Positions 21,262 through 35,035 of a stretch of DNA of 64,000 bases are shown here, one piece after another. Origin of the DNA: Sphyrna mokarran (Eukaryota); contig JAGIQG010000011.1 in the NCBI GenBank assembly GCA_024679065.1, forward strand, positions 39,618,001 through 39,682,000, in the 5' to 3' direction. The translations under genes and the position numbers were made by a program. Below the pieces are notes generated by a model. It was not told the DNA's origin. It did not search any database and saw only the letters and a list, made by a program, of their open reading frames with translations. Every line of letters begins with the position of its first letter. Position 1 is the first letter of the stretch.

Positions 21262-21763
21262 GTATGATGAAAAATACTAAAACAAAAATAATATCCATGA
21301 GTTACTGTGTGAATGTGCATGGCTGGCTACACTATGCAAAGCAATCTTTGTTTTAGAGTTTAGAAAAAAAACTTGAACTATTAATTCCTGATTACCAAAA
21401 CCACAATTTTGCAAACCAAATATCCTTTATATAAATATCCATGACAAGCTTATTCCATTTTCAATTATCTGAACTTTACATTATATAGAAATAAAAAGGC
21501 AAGGCTGAACTATAGTTGAAATAAAGCATTAGAAATTTAAACAATGTTAAATTGATTATAATTTCTTAGTATTTTGCAACAGTTAAATTACATCAATATC
21601 TTTTTCAGGTGTCTGATAAACCCCCATTTTTTTGAAAGTTGGAAAAAATAGTTTGTATGAAAATGTGATTGTTATTTGAACTGGACAGTTGCCTACTTTA
21701 AACATGACTTGAATAATCATAAAGTGAATTTACTAATTATATAAAATTCTTATTTTGGATCAG

Positions 21764-21887
21764 GTTGTTACACGCGCTGAAGGCAGAGTGCACACTTTCA
21801 CTCTCAGAGACGTCCAGTTGGATGAGGCTGGTCAAGTCAAACTCACTGCTAAGGACTTCGCAACATCTGCTAAACTTATTGTTAAAG
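21764..21887 (+). CDS. ttn: titin Ig I96 exon b
   Basis: VVTRAEGRVHT...LIVK; AG/GT. Confidence 0.93.
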
Positions 21888-21987
21888 GTGTGTAATGCAT
21901 TATGCCAATTATTTTCTTTCCAAAACAATATATTCGGCAATTCACTTTAAGACTGATGTGCTGAATTTTCATTTATATCTTTTACAG

Positions 21988-22254
21988 AGCCACCAGTTGA
22001 ATTCACTAAACCTCTGGAGGACCAGACAGTTGAAGAAGAAGCCACTGCTGTATTGGAATGTGAGGTCTCCAGAGAGAATGCCAATGTTATATGGCTTAAG
22101 GATGGAAAAGAAATTCATAAAGGCAAGAAGTATGATATAATTGCTGATGGAAAAGTTAGAAAGCTTATTATCCATGACTGCAAGCCTGAAGATGCCAAAA
22201 CATATACATGTGATGCCAAAGACTTCAAAACTTCCTGCTTCCTCACTGTGGAAC
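21988..22254 (+). CDS. ttn: titin Ig I97 exon
   Basis: PPVEFTKPLEDQ...; 267 nt. Confidence 0.95.
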
Positions 22255-22360
22255 GTAAGTAGAATAGTGTCCAACATTCATCCTCTCACATTCAGAGTTA
22301 CATTAATGAAAATACATATGTGGCTATTTCTCGACCAGTAAGACTTTGTTTCTTTCACAG

Positions 22361-22458
22361 CTCCTCATGTTGAATTTTTAAAGCCTCTCACTGATCTTGA
22401 GGTGAAAGAAAAAGAAGTGGCCAAATTTGTATGTGAAATCTCACGTGAAAATGCAAAG
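22361..22458 (+). CDS. ttn: titin Ig I98 exon a
   Basis: PHVEFLKPLTDL...ENAK; AG/GT. Confidence 0.93.
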
Positions 22459-24069
22459 GTTTGCTTTTCATTTATGTCATTCTATTGGTATTTATTTTTA
22501 AGTTTCATTTTATGATGAAAATTAAAATGCAATTATTTTAATTTAAACAAACTTATGGGTTAAATAACAATCTCACCTGCTGTGAGACACATATGCTTTC
22601 ATTTCTTTATCAATCGCAGAGTGAGGTTACAATTAATGAGACTTCATGGTGAAATAAATGTTTTTGTATATTTTCCTGTATAATGGTCTCTTCCACCCTT
22701 TCGGGTCTAAAATTAATAAATTATCAGCATTTCCACTTTTCTTGGAGTTGCATATATGTTCAAGGTCATTTACTAATCCTCATTTTTCCTGTACATGTGC
22801 AAGTGGTCAGCGCTAAATTATATATTCGAGACCTGGTAACTGCCCTTGGACACACCTGAGTCCAACCTTCTTGCCAAGTGCCATCAACAAGCAATGCCTC
22901 CCCCCAACCCCCACCACCAGTCTAGGCCTTCTTTGCAGCTCCCTCCCAGCTCCAAACTGCCTCATCGCAGTACCCCAAGTGTCAATTTGCATGTTATATT
23001 GCATTTTCAGTACCTTTATAGGAGCCTGGGAATTCCAGACTTCACCAAGAATACAGAATATTATTCTCCTGCTCTTGTCACCAGAAGACACTCAGATTTG
23101 AATGTGCCTTGCAACGCTGTCTATCAGTAGCCTGAACGCCCAGATGTTTGTGACAAACAGCACAACCTCAGATTTCTTAGGTCTTTTACGTAAATGTAAC
23201 ATTCTACAATATGTCTCCAAATGTAACTAACCGACCAGAAACCTTCGTTTTTAAGCATATTCTGTCACCAGAATTGCATGATTATTTCCAGGAGTTTAAT
23301 CAATCAACATTTATGAAAATTAGAATTTCTTCTGAACTTGTAGTCATATTTGTAAAATTGAGTGTTCACTTTACTCCATGCATTTATAGGTAGATAAAAA
23401 AAAAAGAACCAGTTCAGTAAAGCCATTCAGAGATGGAAACCAATTTTCCTATTCCATTCTCACAAAATGGTGTTAATTCTTAATACTCTCTGAAATAACC
23501 TTGCAAGCCTTTTAGCTATAAAACAACCACAACAAAGCAGACCAATAAGGGACAAACAAGAAATATTTGCCTAGACCTTGACTAACCAGTCAGTAGGTTA
23601 GGCCAAAGTTCAGACAACCCAAGCCACTCAACCCTAGGAAAAGAAAACATTTTGCTGATCTCTCGGAACTGATTGTTCTTGAATATGTCTTCTCACATTT
23701 ATTGAAAAGATCTACAAAATGGAGACTACTGGGAGCAAAGGCATAGTTGTAATGCTTCTGGATTGGTAATCCACAGTCTTAGACTGATGTTCCAGAGATA
23801 TGGGGCTGGATTTCCCAAATAGTACATGTCCCATTTCTGGGTCAGGAAACAGGTTCCAAGCCCATGCATCAATCGAGCCACCAGAAACAAGAAACGCACA
23901 CCCACTTCCCAGTCCTCCTCAATAACGTCTGATAATTTAAGAATTGGAAGAGCTATCTCAATGACTGACCTATGCTACAGAAAGAGGAAATTAGCTCATC
24001 AAGCCCGCATGCCAACAGCAATCCATAACCCTACGTATTTAACCTGCTAATCCCCCTGATACTTGGAGT

Positions 24070-24240
24070 AATTTAGCATGGTAATCGACATAACCCATGC
24101 ATCTTTGGGAGGAAACCAGAGCACCCAGAGAAGACACAGGGAAAATGTGTAAAATCCACACAGTCACTCAAGACTGGAATTGAACCCAGGCCCCTTGCAC
24201 TACAAAGCAACAGCGCTAACCATCGTGCCACCATGCCACC
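24070..24240 (-). mobile_element. HE1-like shark SINE (5' part)
   Basis: GGGAGGAAACCAGAGCACCC...AGCGCTAACCATCGTGCCACC on +. Confidence 0.85.
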
Positions 24241-24530
24241 CATGATCATTCTCAGAGAATCATGCCTTACAGCCAATGTCCGAGACTCCTCCATCATGAT
24301 CCATGGGCATGTCCTGCCCCATCAACAGAATAGGCCCACCAGAGATAACAGCACAGTGGTTCAGGGGGGAGCAGCCCTCCGATTCTCAATATTGATTCCA
24401 AACTGAAAGACATCATGGACAAGGAAACCTCTTGCTGATTACCACCTAGTACCTTCTCTCAACTGAGAGATCAATCCTCCTTCGTGTCGAAGATCAATTC
24501 AAAGAAGCACTGGGGGTTGCAAATGTACAG
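24241..24530 (+). mobile_element. Degenerate LINE (CR1/L2-group) endonuclease-domain remnant
   Basis: IILRESCLTANVRDSSIMIHGHVL...RPTR..STVV resembles LINE APE motifs. Confidence 0.5.
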
Positions 24531-24998
24531 GATAAATCTAAAAATGTAATCTAGCCCATATTGTGTTTCTTTTTAAATTATATAGCAGCCAATGACTTCC
24601 TCAAGGCATGGCGTAGAATTACACAGAATCTATAGCACAGAAACAATCTTACACTGGTATTCATATTCCATACAAACCTCCTCTCACCTTGTTTGGTCTA
24701 TCTAATCCTCATTTCACTAGATCATATCCTACTGTTCTCTTCACCCTAATAAACTTATCTAATCTCCCTTTAATTGCATCTATGCCATTCAAGTACTTCA
24801 CTGTATAGACAGAAAAATATTTTCCACACACTGAAGTAGACATATAGGCTTGTGGGTTGTCAGATGTGACCACTAATAGTACCACTCCAGATCAATGATT
24901 ATATTCCACAGGATTTGCTTGGAAATATTTAGCACCTAGCCTCATTCATCTCTGTAACTAACAATCTGTGCTCAATGAAAAAAATTAACATGATATCT

Positions 24999-25118
24999 GA
25001 GGCGGAATTTTCCCATCCCATCTGCCATGGGAATTGGAGTGGGCAGAATAGGACCATGCAAAGGATATGGGGCAGGATCTTCTGGTCTTGGGGTGGGCGC
25101 GGATGAAAAATCCCACCC
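24999..25118. mobile_element. Short GC-rich MITE-like element
   Basis: Imperfect inverted ends GAGGCGGAATTTTCC / GAAAAATCCCACCC in an AT-rich intron. Confidence 0.5.
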
Positions 25119-25380
25119 TTGCTGTTATTTTGTTAAGGAAATTACAGGAATTTGAGTATTCTGTGTATACCCGTGTCTCTTTCAGGATCAATAATTCATA
25201 TAGTACCAGCATGTTAGTTTCTAACTTCCCATGATTAGATTTGCCAAATGATTTTCTAGCAAATAATCTATATTTTGAAAACAGCACTTTAAATATTTTG
25301 AAAATGTTTCACATGGTGTTTAAATAAAGGATTTATTAAATTATTCTGAATAAGGCATTGTGGATTTTCTTTTATTTTAG

Positions 25381-25549
25381 GTTCGTTGGTTTAAGGACGG
25401 TGTTGAAGTGAGAAAAGGCAAGAAGTATGACATTGTTGCTAAAGGCAAGGAGAGGATGCTTATTATCCATAAAAGCAGCTTTGATGATGAAGCTGAATAT
25501 GAATGTGATGCAAGGACAGCTAAAACTTCAGGATTGCTTACAGTTTTAG
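25381..25549 (+). CDS. ttn: titin Ig I98 exon b
   Basis: VRWFKDGVEV...LTVL; AG/GT; a+b = 267 nt. Confidence 0.93.
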
Positions 25550-25650
25550 GTAATCAATCAGATCAGAGCATTACATAGTTTTATCTTTCGGGAACATGCT
25601 TTAGATATTATTGATCCATTTGTATTGACATATGATGCCATGTTTTGCAG

Positions 25651-25917
25651 AAGAGGATGCCGTCTTCACAAAGAACCTTACAAATGCAGATGTTACCGAG
25701 ACAGATAGCATTAAATTAATTTGTGAAGTTTCGAAACCAAATGCTGATGTAAGGTGGTACAAGGGAGACACAGAGTTGCCTGAAATTGGTCAATATGAAC
25801 AACTTACAGATGGCAAAAAGCGAATTCTAGTAATTCAGAACACCAACCTAGATAATTCTGGAGAATATAATTGCAGACTTCCAACTGCTCGGACTTCATG
25901 TGAACTGACAGTTCATG
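25651..25917 (+). CDS. ttn: titin Ig I99 exon
   Basis: EDAVFTKNL...; 267 nt. Confidence 0.95.
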
Positions 25918-26010
25918 GTATGTATGGTGGTCTATTCTGTTATGAGTTTGTTTAATATGGCCATGTCATAACTTTATTCAATGTTAATTATCCTCTTATC
26001 TTTATTACAG

Positions 26011-26277
26011 AATTGGCAGCAGAGTTTATTTCTCGACCACGGAATCTGGAGGTAGTAGAAGGAGACAAAGCAGAGTTTGTCTGTTCGGTATCAAAGGAGA
26101 ACTACGAAGTGAAATGGCTTAAAGGAGGCAAAGAACTTGTATCAGATGATAAATATGAAATTGTATCTGATGGCAAAAAGCGAATGCTCATTATCAAGGA
26201 CTCCATACCAAAAGATGAAGGAACTTATGTTGCCATGATTGGTACCTCAAAAGCACCAGCAGAACTGACAGTTATTG
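26011..26277 (+). CDS. ttn: titin Ig I100 exon
   Basis: LAAEFISRPRNL...; 267 nt. Confidence 0.95.
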
Positions 26278-26783
26278 GTAGGTCATGTAAATTAAATTGT
26301 GTACGTACAAACAGGTTCACAGGAAATAGAAGCATTGCATGTGCACTGTCAAATTACATTGAATGTTGCTAAAAAGACAGACAAGTTACTGAAGCATTTT
26401 GTTCATCAGGAATAAATGCAAAAATGACAAATTTCAAAAAGTCATTTGAAATTTGGCATTCTTCTGTTTGTTCTGATGAGTGCAAAACAAAACACTTCAG
26501 CATTATGTTTCTCTTTTCAGCAATATTCATGTTCTGTACTATCAAACAATATATCAAATTATATTACTTTAAATGAATAATCAAAAAGAAAACTCTATAA
26601 ACATGTTAACTCCCATCATCTTGCAAAAGCAGGATCAGTAATGGATTAGGATGCTCCAATTTCATGCTCTATCACCTCACACACCTCCCCTCCCCCCAAG
26701 CTTCCTGCTGGGTGGCTGAGGCATATTGTCTAAACCAAACAGAAGCCATGTTAGTTTTACTAAATCTGCACACTATTTCTTAC

Positions 26784-26900
26784 AGGGCTGGTTAGCCCAG
26801 TTGGCTAGATGGCTAATGTATGATTCAGAATAGTGCCAACTGGCTTGATTCTCATTCTGCCTGAGGTTGATTTGGGGGACCTGTCACCTTGTTCTATTCC
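26784..26900 (+). mobile_element. tRNA-derived SINE head fragment
   Basis: GGGCTGGTTAGCCCAGTTGGCTAGATGG (A-box-like) followed by a degenerate B-box. Confidence 0.4.
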
Positions 26901-27666
26901 TGAGAGTGGAAAGCAAACCATGATTGGCAAAAAGTACCAAGAAAATGGGTCAGGTGAAGCATCAGCTGACATGAGCCAATGACTTGCCTTTGGGCAGAGC
27001 ATACATTATGACAATTTCCTCTGTAGGACACTGATGCCATTTTAACTGCCTGCTGACAAAGCAATGGATGCTCTTTTTGACTTCATTTTGACTTGACAAG
27101 CTGCATTGAGGTGGCAATTTAAAGCTTGCAAGTCACTGCGTGTATCTTAATGAAATCAAGCCCTGGAAATGGGCACTATCAGATGATCAGACAATAGTCA
27201 GGTACCAGAGGGTGTGTTTCAGGCATTATTTCAGATGTTATTTTCCTAACGGAACTTAAATAATTCAAGAATGTGAAAATATCAGGTCAAAGGAAGTTAA
27301 TTTTGAGTTTGAAATGCAATCAAGGGTAATGTTAATGCTACATATCCAGGCTTTCTTGATTCCCTGTCTGAGATTTTTAAGGCACTGGAATTAGAGGCTA
27401 AGGTCAGCAGGGGATTGATTATTAACACTGTATTTTTTTTTGTCTTTCTTGGAGTAGTAAGTTTAATTTCAAAGTTATGAATATTGTAAGTCACCGAGAC
27501 TAGCCCAAGGCCCCAAGTTAGGAAATGCCACTTCAATTGTTGGTGTATCCCACTCCTAATAATAATGTTAAGGGAAAATTTGCTTTCCCCAAATAGACAA
27601 CTTTATGCAAAAGTATATAGACTTCAATTATTTTATTGTTTTGAATAAACTTGTTTCCTTTCTCAG

Positions 27667-27945
27667 AACGTCTTAGGATAATAACTCCGATCAGAGACCA
27701 GCTTGTCACAGAAGGACAAGAAATTGTGTTTAATTGTGAAGTTAATACAGAAGGTGCCAGAGCAAAATGGTTCAGAAATGATGAAACTATCTTTGATAGT
27801 CCAAAATATATCATGGTCCAGAAAGACTTGGTCTTTACTCTCAGAGTCAGAGATTCACAAAAGGAAGATCAAGGAACGTACTCAATTGCACTAACAAATA
27901 ATAGAGCTGAACATGCAAAATGTTCAGCAATGTTAGAAGTACAAG
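27667..27945 (+). CDS. ttn: titin Ig I101 exon
   Basis: RLRIITPIRDQ...; 279 nt. Confidence 0.95.
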
Positions 27946-28038
27946 GTAAGTGCAATTTCTTGGATGTTAAATAGTTGCACATACATTATGTTAAGTAAAG
28001 TGGCATAAGTATTACATAACTCTTTTTCATCTTTTCAG

Positions 28039-28447
28039 AGGAGGAACTGAAAATCATTGAACCTCTTGAAGATTGTGAAACAATGGAGAAGAAGTCTGTC
28101 ACTTTTAGCTGCAAAGTGAACCGTGAAAATGTCACCCTGAAATGGATGAAAAATGGAGAGGAAATCACACTTGACAAACAATTTGTGTATAAAATTGACA
28201 AGAAAAAGCATTCTCTTACAATTAGAAACTGTGCATTCAAAGATGAAGGTGAATACACTGTAATTGCCGGACATGACAAATCAGTTGCTGAACTTCTTAT
28301 CACAGAAGCACCGGCAGATTTCGTGGAGCATATTCAAGATCAGACTGTCATTGAGTTTGAAGATGCAATCTTTTCATGTCAACTGTCAAAGGAAAAAGCT
28401 GCCGTGAAATGGTACAGGAATGGCAGAGAGCTCAGGGAAAGCAAGAA
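28039..28447 (+). CDS. ttn: titin Ig I102 + I103 part a
   Basis: EELKIIEPL...RELRESK; AG/GT. Confidence 0.94.
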
Positions 28448-28548
28448 GTATGTTTTGTTTCTTTTTGCTTTCATTCATAAAAGTTTCATATATGATATAT
28501 GCATAATATATAACATATGTATCATTCATAATCTTGTCATGTTGCCAG

Positions 28549-28673
28549 ATATCAGTTTGAAAAGGACGGTAGTTTGCGCAGACTTATTATAAGGGAATGT
28601 CGACCAGAAGATGAATGTGAATATTCCTGTGGTGTTGAAGACAGACGTTCAAGGGCTAGATTGTTTGTTGAAG
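28549..28673 (+). CDS. ttn: titin Ig I103 part b (GC donor)
   Basis: YQFEKDGSL...LFVE; GAAG|gcaagt; with previous exon totals 534 nt. Confidence 0.92.
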
Positions 28674-28757
28674 GCAAGTGCTGATTTAGAAAAACAAGCA
28701 TACTAAGATTTTAATAATTCAGAAAATGTGAGCTAACTATTATTTTTCTCTTTCCAG

Positions 28758-29024
28758 AAATCCCAGTTGAGATCATTAGGCCGCCACTGGATGCCTTTGA
28801 AGCTCCAGAATCAGATGTTATTTTTGAAGCTGAATTGAACAAAGACAAGGTTGAAGTCAAATGGCTCAGGAACAATATGATAATTGTTCAGGGTGATAAA
28901 CATCAAATGATGAGTGAAGGAAAGGTACATCGATTGCAAGTTTGTGACATCAGACCACGTGACCAGGGTGAATACAGATTTATTGCCAAGGATAAAGATG
29001 CAAGAGCTAAACTGGAACTTGCAG
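28758..29024 (+). CDS. ttn: titin Ig I104 exon
   Basis: IPVEIIRPPLD...; 267 nt. Confidence 0.95.
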
Positions 29025-29130
29025 GTAAGTTTGTTTAACTTCTTCAAGCATTGTTGGGAAATATTTTCTATCACTAGGAGCTGTGCTGAGAATTTGACAT
29101 ATTCGCAATTTGTGAATCTTCTCATTGTAG

Positions 29131-29418
29131 CGGTACCAGTAATCAAGCTGACAGATCTGAACCTTGTGATCGATGCTGGGAAGCCATTCACGATGACACT
29201 TCCATATGATGCTTACCCACGTGGTGAAGCTGAATGGTTCAAGGAAGACACTGCTACTGCTGAGTATGTCAACCTGCCCAAACGGAACATTAACACAACT
29301 GCAGAAATCACTAATTATCGATTGTTTGATCCAAAGAGAACTGACAGAGGAAGATACAAGATTGTGATTCAGAATAAACATGGAAAGGGTGAAGCATATA
29401 TAAATTTGGATGTCATTG
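29131..29418 (+). CDS. ttn: titin Ig I105 exon (start of I/A junction)
   Basis: VPVIKLTD...PYDAYP...; 288 nt. Confidence 0.95.
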
Positions 29419-29532
29419 GTAAGTATTCTTTGTTACATATATGTTTTATAAATGTGCTATTGTGAAAACTATTCTTACATTTTTTTTCTAAAATGTGCTT
29501 CCTAAAATAATATAACCTTTCCGAATTTACAG

Positions 29533-29832
29533 ATGTGCCTGGCCCAATCAAGAATTTGAATGTAGTAGACACTTGCGATGGCGAGGTCAGCCTTGCTTGG
29601 GATGAACCTGACACTGATGGTGGTAGCAAAATCCTTGGTTATGTAGTAGAACGACGTGATGTGTTGCGCAAAACATGGACCTTAGTTACTGATCGTGCTG
29701 ACAATACTGAATTTACTGTGACGGGTCTCCAAAAAGGAGTAGAGTATCTATTCCGTGTCAGTGCAAGGAACAGAATAGGCACAGGTGAACCTGTGGAAAC
29801 TGATAAACCTGTTGAAGCTAAGAATAAGTTTA
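29533..29832 (+). CDS. ttn: titin FN3 I106 exon
   Basis: VPGPIKNL...WDEPDTDGGS; 300 nt. Confidence 0.95.
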
Positions 29833-29936
29833 GTAAGTATCAGATTGTCTTCATTCACTAATTTAACCTCTGAAATCAAATTCATTGCTATGGGTCAGTG
29901 TCAGAAAATAAGAATATTACTATCTTTTTCCACCAG

Positions 29937-30239
29937 GTGTACCTGATGCACCTCTGAACCTCCAAGTGAAAAATGTGAACAAATTTGGTGCCACCATTAC
30001 ATGGGAACCACCAGAATATGATGGTGGATCAGAAATCACAAACTATGTTATTGAGTTACGTGACAGAACCTCTGTCAAATGGGAACCAGCTATGACAACC
30101 AGAGCAGATGAACTCACTGCTCAGCTGAATGATGTAGTAGAAAACAGAGAGTACATATTCCGTGTCAGAGCAGAAAACAAAGCCGGTGTAGGAAAGCCCA
30201 GCGCTGTTTCACATCCTGTGAAGATCATGGATCCAATAT
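29937..30239 (+). CDS. ttn: titin FN3 I107 exon
   Basis: WEPPEYDGGS; 303 nt. Confidence 0.95.
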
Positions 30240-30332
30240 GTTAGTATCGGATCAGAAATATGTGTATTTGTGGTAAATGTTCTTCAATTTTTATGTTTGT
30301 ACATTCCCTCATATGATTTCTCCTTTTTTCAG

Positions 30333-30520
30333 ACAAACCAAGTCCACCTATTGAATTTGCTCATTCAAAGCAAACCAAAGAATCTGTGCAGTTGAAATGG
30401 GAACCTCCTCTAAAGGATGGAGGAAGTCCAATACAGGGCTACATTGTTGAATTATGTGAAGAGGGCACAGATAAATGGAAACCCTGCAATATAAGACTTA
30501 TTCCTGAAACGACTTTCAAG
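30333..30520 (+). CDS. ttn: titin FN3 I108 exon a
   Basis: WEPPLKDGGS; AG/GT. Confidence 0.93.
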
Positions 30521-30974
30521 GTTATTATCTCTTGTGTAATTAATTTGTCAAGAATACTCCTGATGACCTAGTAAGAGCAAGAGGCAATTACTTTCCCAGT
30601 GGTTATTTTAGGGCTGCGATTCACCCACAATCCATCACAAAATCACAGTTTAATTGTCAGTTGATGGTGATGGTCCCTGGGCAGCTGATCTTCCTGGCCT
30701 TCTGATGTGCTGGGTGAGATTCATGAAATAGGTAGCAGGTGTTAATCAGCATTAAGTTTCATTCACAACTTCAGTGCAAATTTTTTGTGAATGGATTTGC
30801 AAATTTGGTACATGATATCTTTACCATTCAATGCAGCATTGGGCTAACTGATGGGTCACATGGATAGGGGACATCATAGGCATGCTTTCTCTTCACATGA
30901 TTGCACATAGGAACTTATCCAGAGAATATGTGCTTTATTGCTAGATTATATGGAGAGTTTAAAAATCAATGGTT

Positions 30975-31262
30975 TTAAGTTTATTTATCATTGTCACAAG
31001 TAGACTTACATTAATACTGCAATGAAGTTACTGTGAAAATTTCCTAGTCGCTACACTCGACATCTGTTTGGGTACACTCAGGGAGATGTTAGCATGGCCA
31101 ATGCACTTAATCAACATGTCTTTCGGACTGCGGGAAAAAACTGGAGCACCCAGAAACACACATAGACACAGGGAGAATGTGCAGGCTCCACACAGACAGT
31201 GACCCAAGCTGGGATCGAACCTGGGTCCCTAGCGCTGTGAGGCAGTAGTGCTAATCACTGGT
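30975..31262 (-). mobile_element. Shark SINE, AATAAATAAAC-tail type
   Basis: Same head, core and tail as the 10478-10749 copy. Confidence 0.9.
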
Positions 31263-31852
31263 TCTTGAGTTCTGAACAATAATGTTGATAATCTTGAATC
31301 AACCACATGGTACACAACTGATTGACAGAAGCCAGACTAGGTAGAGTTGCAGGTTCACAAATATTTGAAGATAAATTTTTAAGTTTTTGAAATCATTTCT
31401 TCAGGAATAAAGCCTTACAGGATTTTATGTAGTATAGGATATAGTTCAGTAAATTCTGAAAGAGCTGAGGTTTGTCAAGGATGGACTTCAGGAAATTAGT
31501 GAAGAAAGCATTAGAGAAATGAAGCCTTGAGGTATTGAAGGATTTCACAATAATTTTATTACTGAAACAGGATGATAAGATAGATACGATAGAAATCAGA
31601 CTCTATACTCTAACTGGAAGTGAATGGATGAAGAGACAGACAGAGAACTGGATATTGATAACTTCTGAAGAGAAAATGGAGATAGATGGTGGAGAAAGTT
31701 CAGAGAAATCAAGATAGGTTAAGTTTTGATAGATATTTATTGTTTTAACTCTAAAATATTTGTGACCTCATACTTGCTGATGGTTGAAAAAAATGTGCTC
31801 AGAGTATTAATACTGTTTTATATTACATGGCTTTTCATTTTTATCATTTCAG

Positions 31853-31967
31853 GTTACTGGTCTGAAACCAGGAGTGAAATATTATTATCGGGTATCGGCA
31901 GAAAATGCAGCAGGTGTTTCAGATCCAGCTGATGCCCTTGGCCCACTAACAGCTGATGATCCTCATG
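31853..31967 (+). CDS. ttn: titin FN3 I108 exon b
   Basis: VTGLKPGVKYYYRVSAENAAG; AG/GT. Confidence 0.93.
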
Positions 31968-32080
31968 GTAATGGAAGTCCTTTTCTAAATGCAAATATAT
32001 TAAAGACTACAAAATTGAGCTTTTTTAAAAAATTATGATATTTGTAGCTTTTCAAGACTGATTGCACTTATCTCTTTCAG

Positions 32081-32365
32081 TGGCTCCTACTCTTGACCTG
32101 AGCGCATTCAAAGATGGTCTTGAGGTCATTGTTCCAGAACCACTTAAGATTCGCGTTCCTATCACTGGCTACCCTGTACCCACTGCAAAGTGGGCTAAGG
32201 ATGAAACACCTATTGAAAGTAGTGATCGTGTGAAGATGCAAACAGCTGCTACATATACACTATTGGTCATTTCTCCCAGTGAGCGCCCTGATAAGGGACT
32301 TTACACCTTGACACTGGAAAACGATGTGTCATCTATCTCAGGAGAAATTAAGGTGAATGTAATTG
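32081..32365 (+). CDS. ttn: titin Ig I109 exon
   Basis: APTLDLSAFKDGL...; 285 nt. Confidence 0.95.
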
Positions 32366-33264
32366 GTAAGTATCTGAATATTTTCAAAAAAAATCAACAT
32401 TTTTAATTAATTGTTTCAAGAGAATTTCACGACAGTTTGTATTTATGTATCACATTTAACACTGAAACCATCCCATGACACTTAACAAAGACAGGAAGAA
32501 AATAAGTATGTTATGTGGGCATGTGCCATGCCTTCAACCTGCAAGTTAGGAGAAGTAAGTGAAAATGTAATTAAAAGGACGAGTTTTGAAAAGGTTTTTA
32601 AAGGTTGGAAAAAAAAGCAAAGCCTAGAAAAGATTCAAGGAAGGCATTTTAGAAAGTGGGGTTAAACTGCCTGAAGGTGTTGAAAGTAATGATGAACTAA
32701 AAGGACTTCAAAAAAAGGAGAAAGTGAGATATAAATAGTCAGCAAGAATGACTGACTGATAAAGAAAGAGTTCTAATCCTTGGAGAAAATGCAGAATAGG
32801 ACATGCAAAGCTGTGGAAGAATTTGAAAAATGGAATCATTATTTTAAATTGCATGCATAATGCAATCATGGAATCAGAGTTAGTCAGAAATGCTGTGGAC
32901 GATGGAAGAGTGCAGTTGATTATTGGGCAGGAAGTAGTTTCTTCTCAAGTTGGATTGTACAAAGAATGAGGAGTGGAAGACTGGCATAAAGAGATAATCA
33001 AAAGAGTGAGCCTAAAAGTATGGCGAAGGAGTTCAACAGGAGTAAATAGTCATGGAGATAAGCAATGTTGAATCAAGTGGTTTTGCTGGCATTATAAGAA
33101 TGGATACTAGTATGAAGCTCAGCTCCAGATCAAATGTGATGGCAGCTTTTCACAGCCACAGCCTCCTTTGAGAGGGGAAAGGAATCATAGCAAGGACATT
33201 TATGTCATGGTTATAAAACAACAAAATTATAAGACATTTAATTCTTCATGTTTTAACTTCATAG

Positions 33265-33416
33265 AACGCCCAAGTGCACCAAAAGACTTGAAAGTGTCAG
33301 AAATTGGTCGAAATACAGTACATTTGATGTGGGAGATACCAGATAGTGATGGTGGAAGTCCATTGACTGGATATCTTGTTGAAAAACGTGAAGTTAACCG
33401 CAAGACTTGGACCAAA
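33265..33416 (+). CDS. ttn: titin FN3 I110 exon a
   Basis: RPSAPKDL...KTWTK; AG/GT. Confidence 0.93.
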
Positions 33417-35035
33417 GTAAGTCATGAACCACACTGGTCTAATTTTACATTTGGTACAAACCCTCAAATATTGAACTTGCTGTTCAAAATTGTCACCTAC
33501 TATCATTAAAGTTACTAATTGAGTCTGGAAACAAAGTAATTGCTGCCTCTTTAGAAAAATGATTTTTCTAAGTTATAAGTTCAGAGACTGAGGTATTGAA
33601 GGAAACAAACAAGAATACAGCTGTTCAAATGTCACTACAAGTGCTGCTCTATTAGTACAAAGAACAAATAACAATACAGCACAAGAACAGCCCACCAAAC
33701 CTGCACTGATTTCTAGCCCTTACATAGACATTATTACCCATATTGCTCTGTATTATATGTAACTAAATATAAACGTCAATCCTATGTCTGTACCATTCTG
33801 CACAGTAAATGTTTACTATGGATTTAAACCGTTCATTTAAATCCTTATGCAGAATTTTCTATTTTCTTTGAGTCCTTGTATTACATTTCTGCAGTCAAAT
33901 CAGTTTTCAAAACTCCTTGAGAGCATTAATTTCCCCAGTAGTATGGGAAGGAGAGGACAAGCAAGGGAGGCTTTTTCCCTTTCAGTTTGTTTTGGAATGT
34001 CTCAGGTTCTTCATACAGGCAATGCTAAGCTTATACTTACTGATATCAGAGGATCAGATCAAGCCATTGCAATGAGGTGAGTGCTAACAGTCCAAATACC
34101 TCATTTTCTTCTAAAAAAAAATCAGTTTTATGCCAGTGTGAATTTCCCACGGATCTTCCACTGCTGCCCACCATGGCAGTTCAGGAAGTCTGCTGGTGGC
34201 TGGCATGAAACGGATTTGTATCCTGCTAATGAGATGAAAATGAAACCCTGACCAGAGTATTCTCACCCACTCTCGACACTCTGTGAAGCTAAAGGGAAAC
34301 AAGCCGGATTAGAACATGACTGGAATAATGTGGAGTGCAGAAATTGGGAGTTACCTGAAAAATGACTGGTGTTATCCCTAGAGTTTGTCGTGGAGGCCGT
34401 CAGCAACTTTAGACCCTGGAGTACTACAGCTGTGGGTGGAAGGAAGCGTCTATTAGGGGGATCATCCAGCTTCAGTGTTTTTGAGAAGGTCCATCTTCTC
34501 GCCTCAACTTGCTCCTGAAGATCCATCTTCTTTCTCAGGAGATCCATCTTCTTTGTTCAATGATGGATCAGTGCTGTTGGATGTTTTTTTAAATATGGCA
34601 TACAGATATAATGGCGAGAGACATACAGTCAGGCACATTCAACCATGGACTATGGTGCAAAACGCTGGATGCATAAGTAATGAGGTCAGGGCTGAAAGAT
34701 ATGACATAGTTTCCCACTAGCCTTTGCAGTAGGAATTACTTCCCATCCCTGTCTCTGCCATAGAACTTAGTCCCACATTGGAGAATTCTCCCTTTGGCTT
34801 TACCAGCCTCTGGAACCCTTCTCATGGCTGTTCCCCAATGGCTTCTCCAGAGGCTAATGCGAGGTCTGCAGTTATGATATGTTATGAATCTGCTTGGCAA
34901 ACAATAGTTCTCAATCTTTTATACATAATTGATGATAGAAAAAAGAGGATTTTGCTGTGTTTAAGAAAGAGGTGGCAGTGTTTTATGTTTTGGATTTATT
35001 AACATTAATGGTTCATTATATTCTCCCATTTCTAG

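Noticed and set aside
32450-33170. Purine-rich tract as a hidden PEVK-like exon (also 31470-31720)
   Set aside because: Multiple stops and no convincing splice-site pair; more like a decayed antisense LINE.
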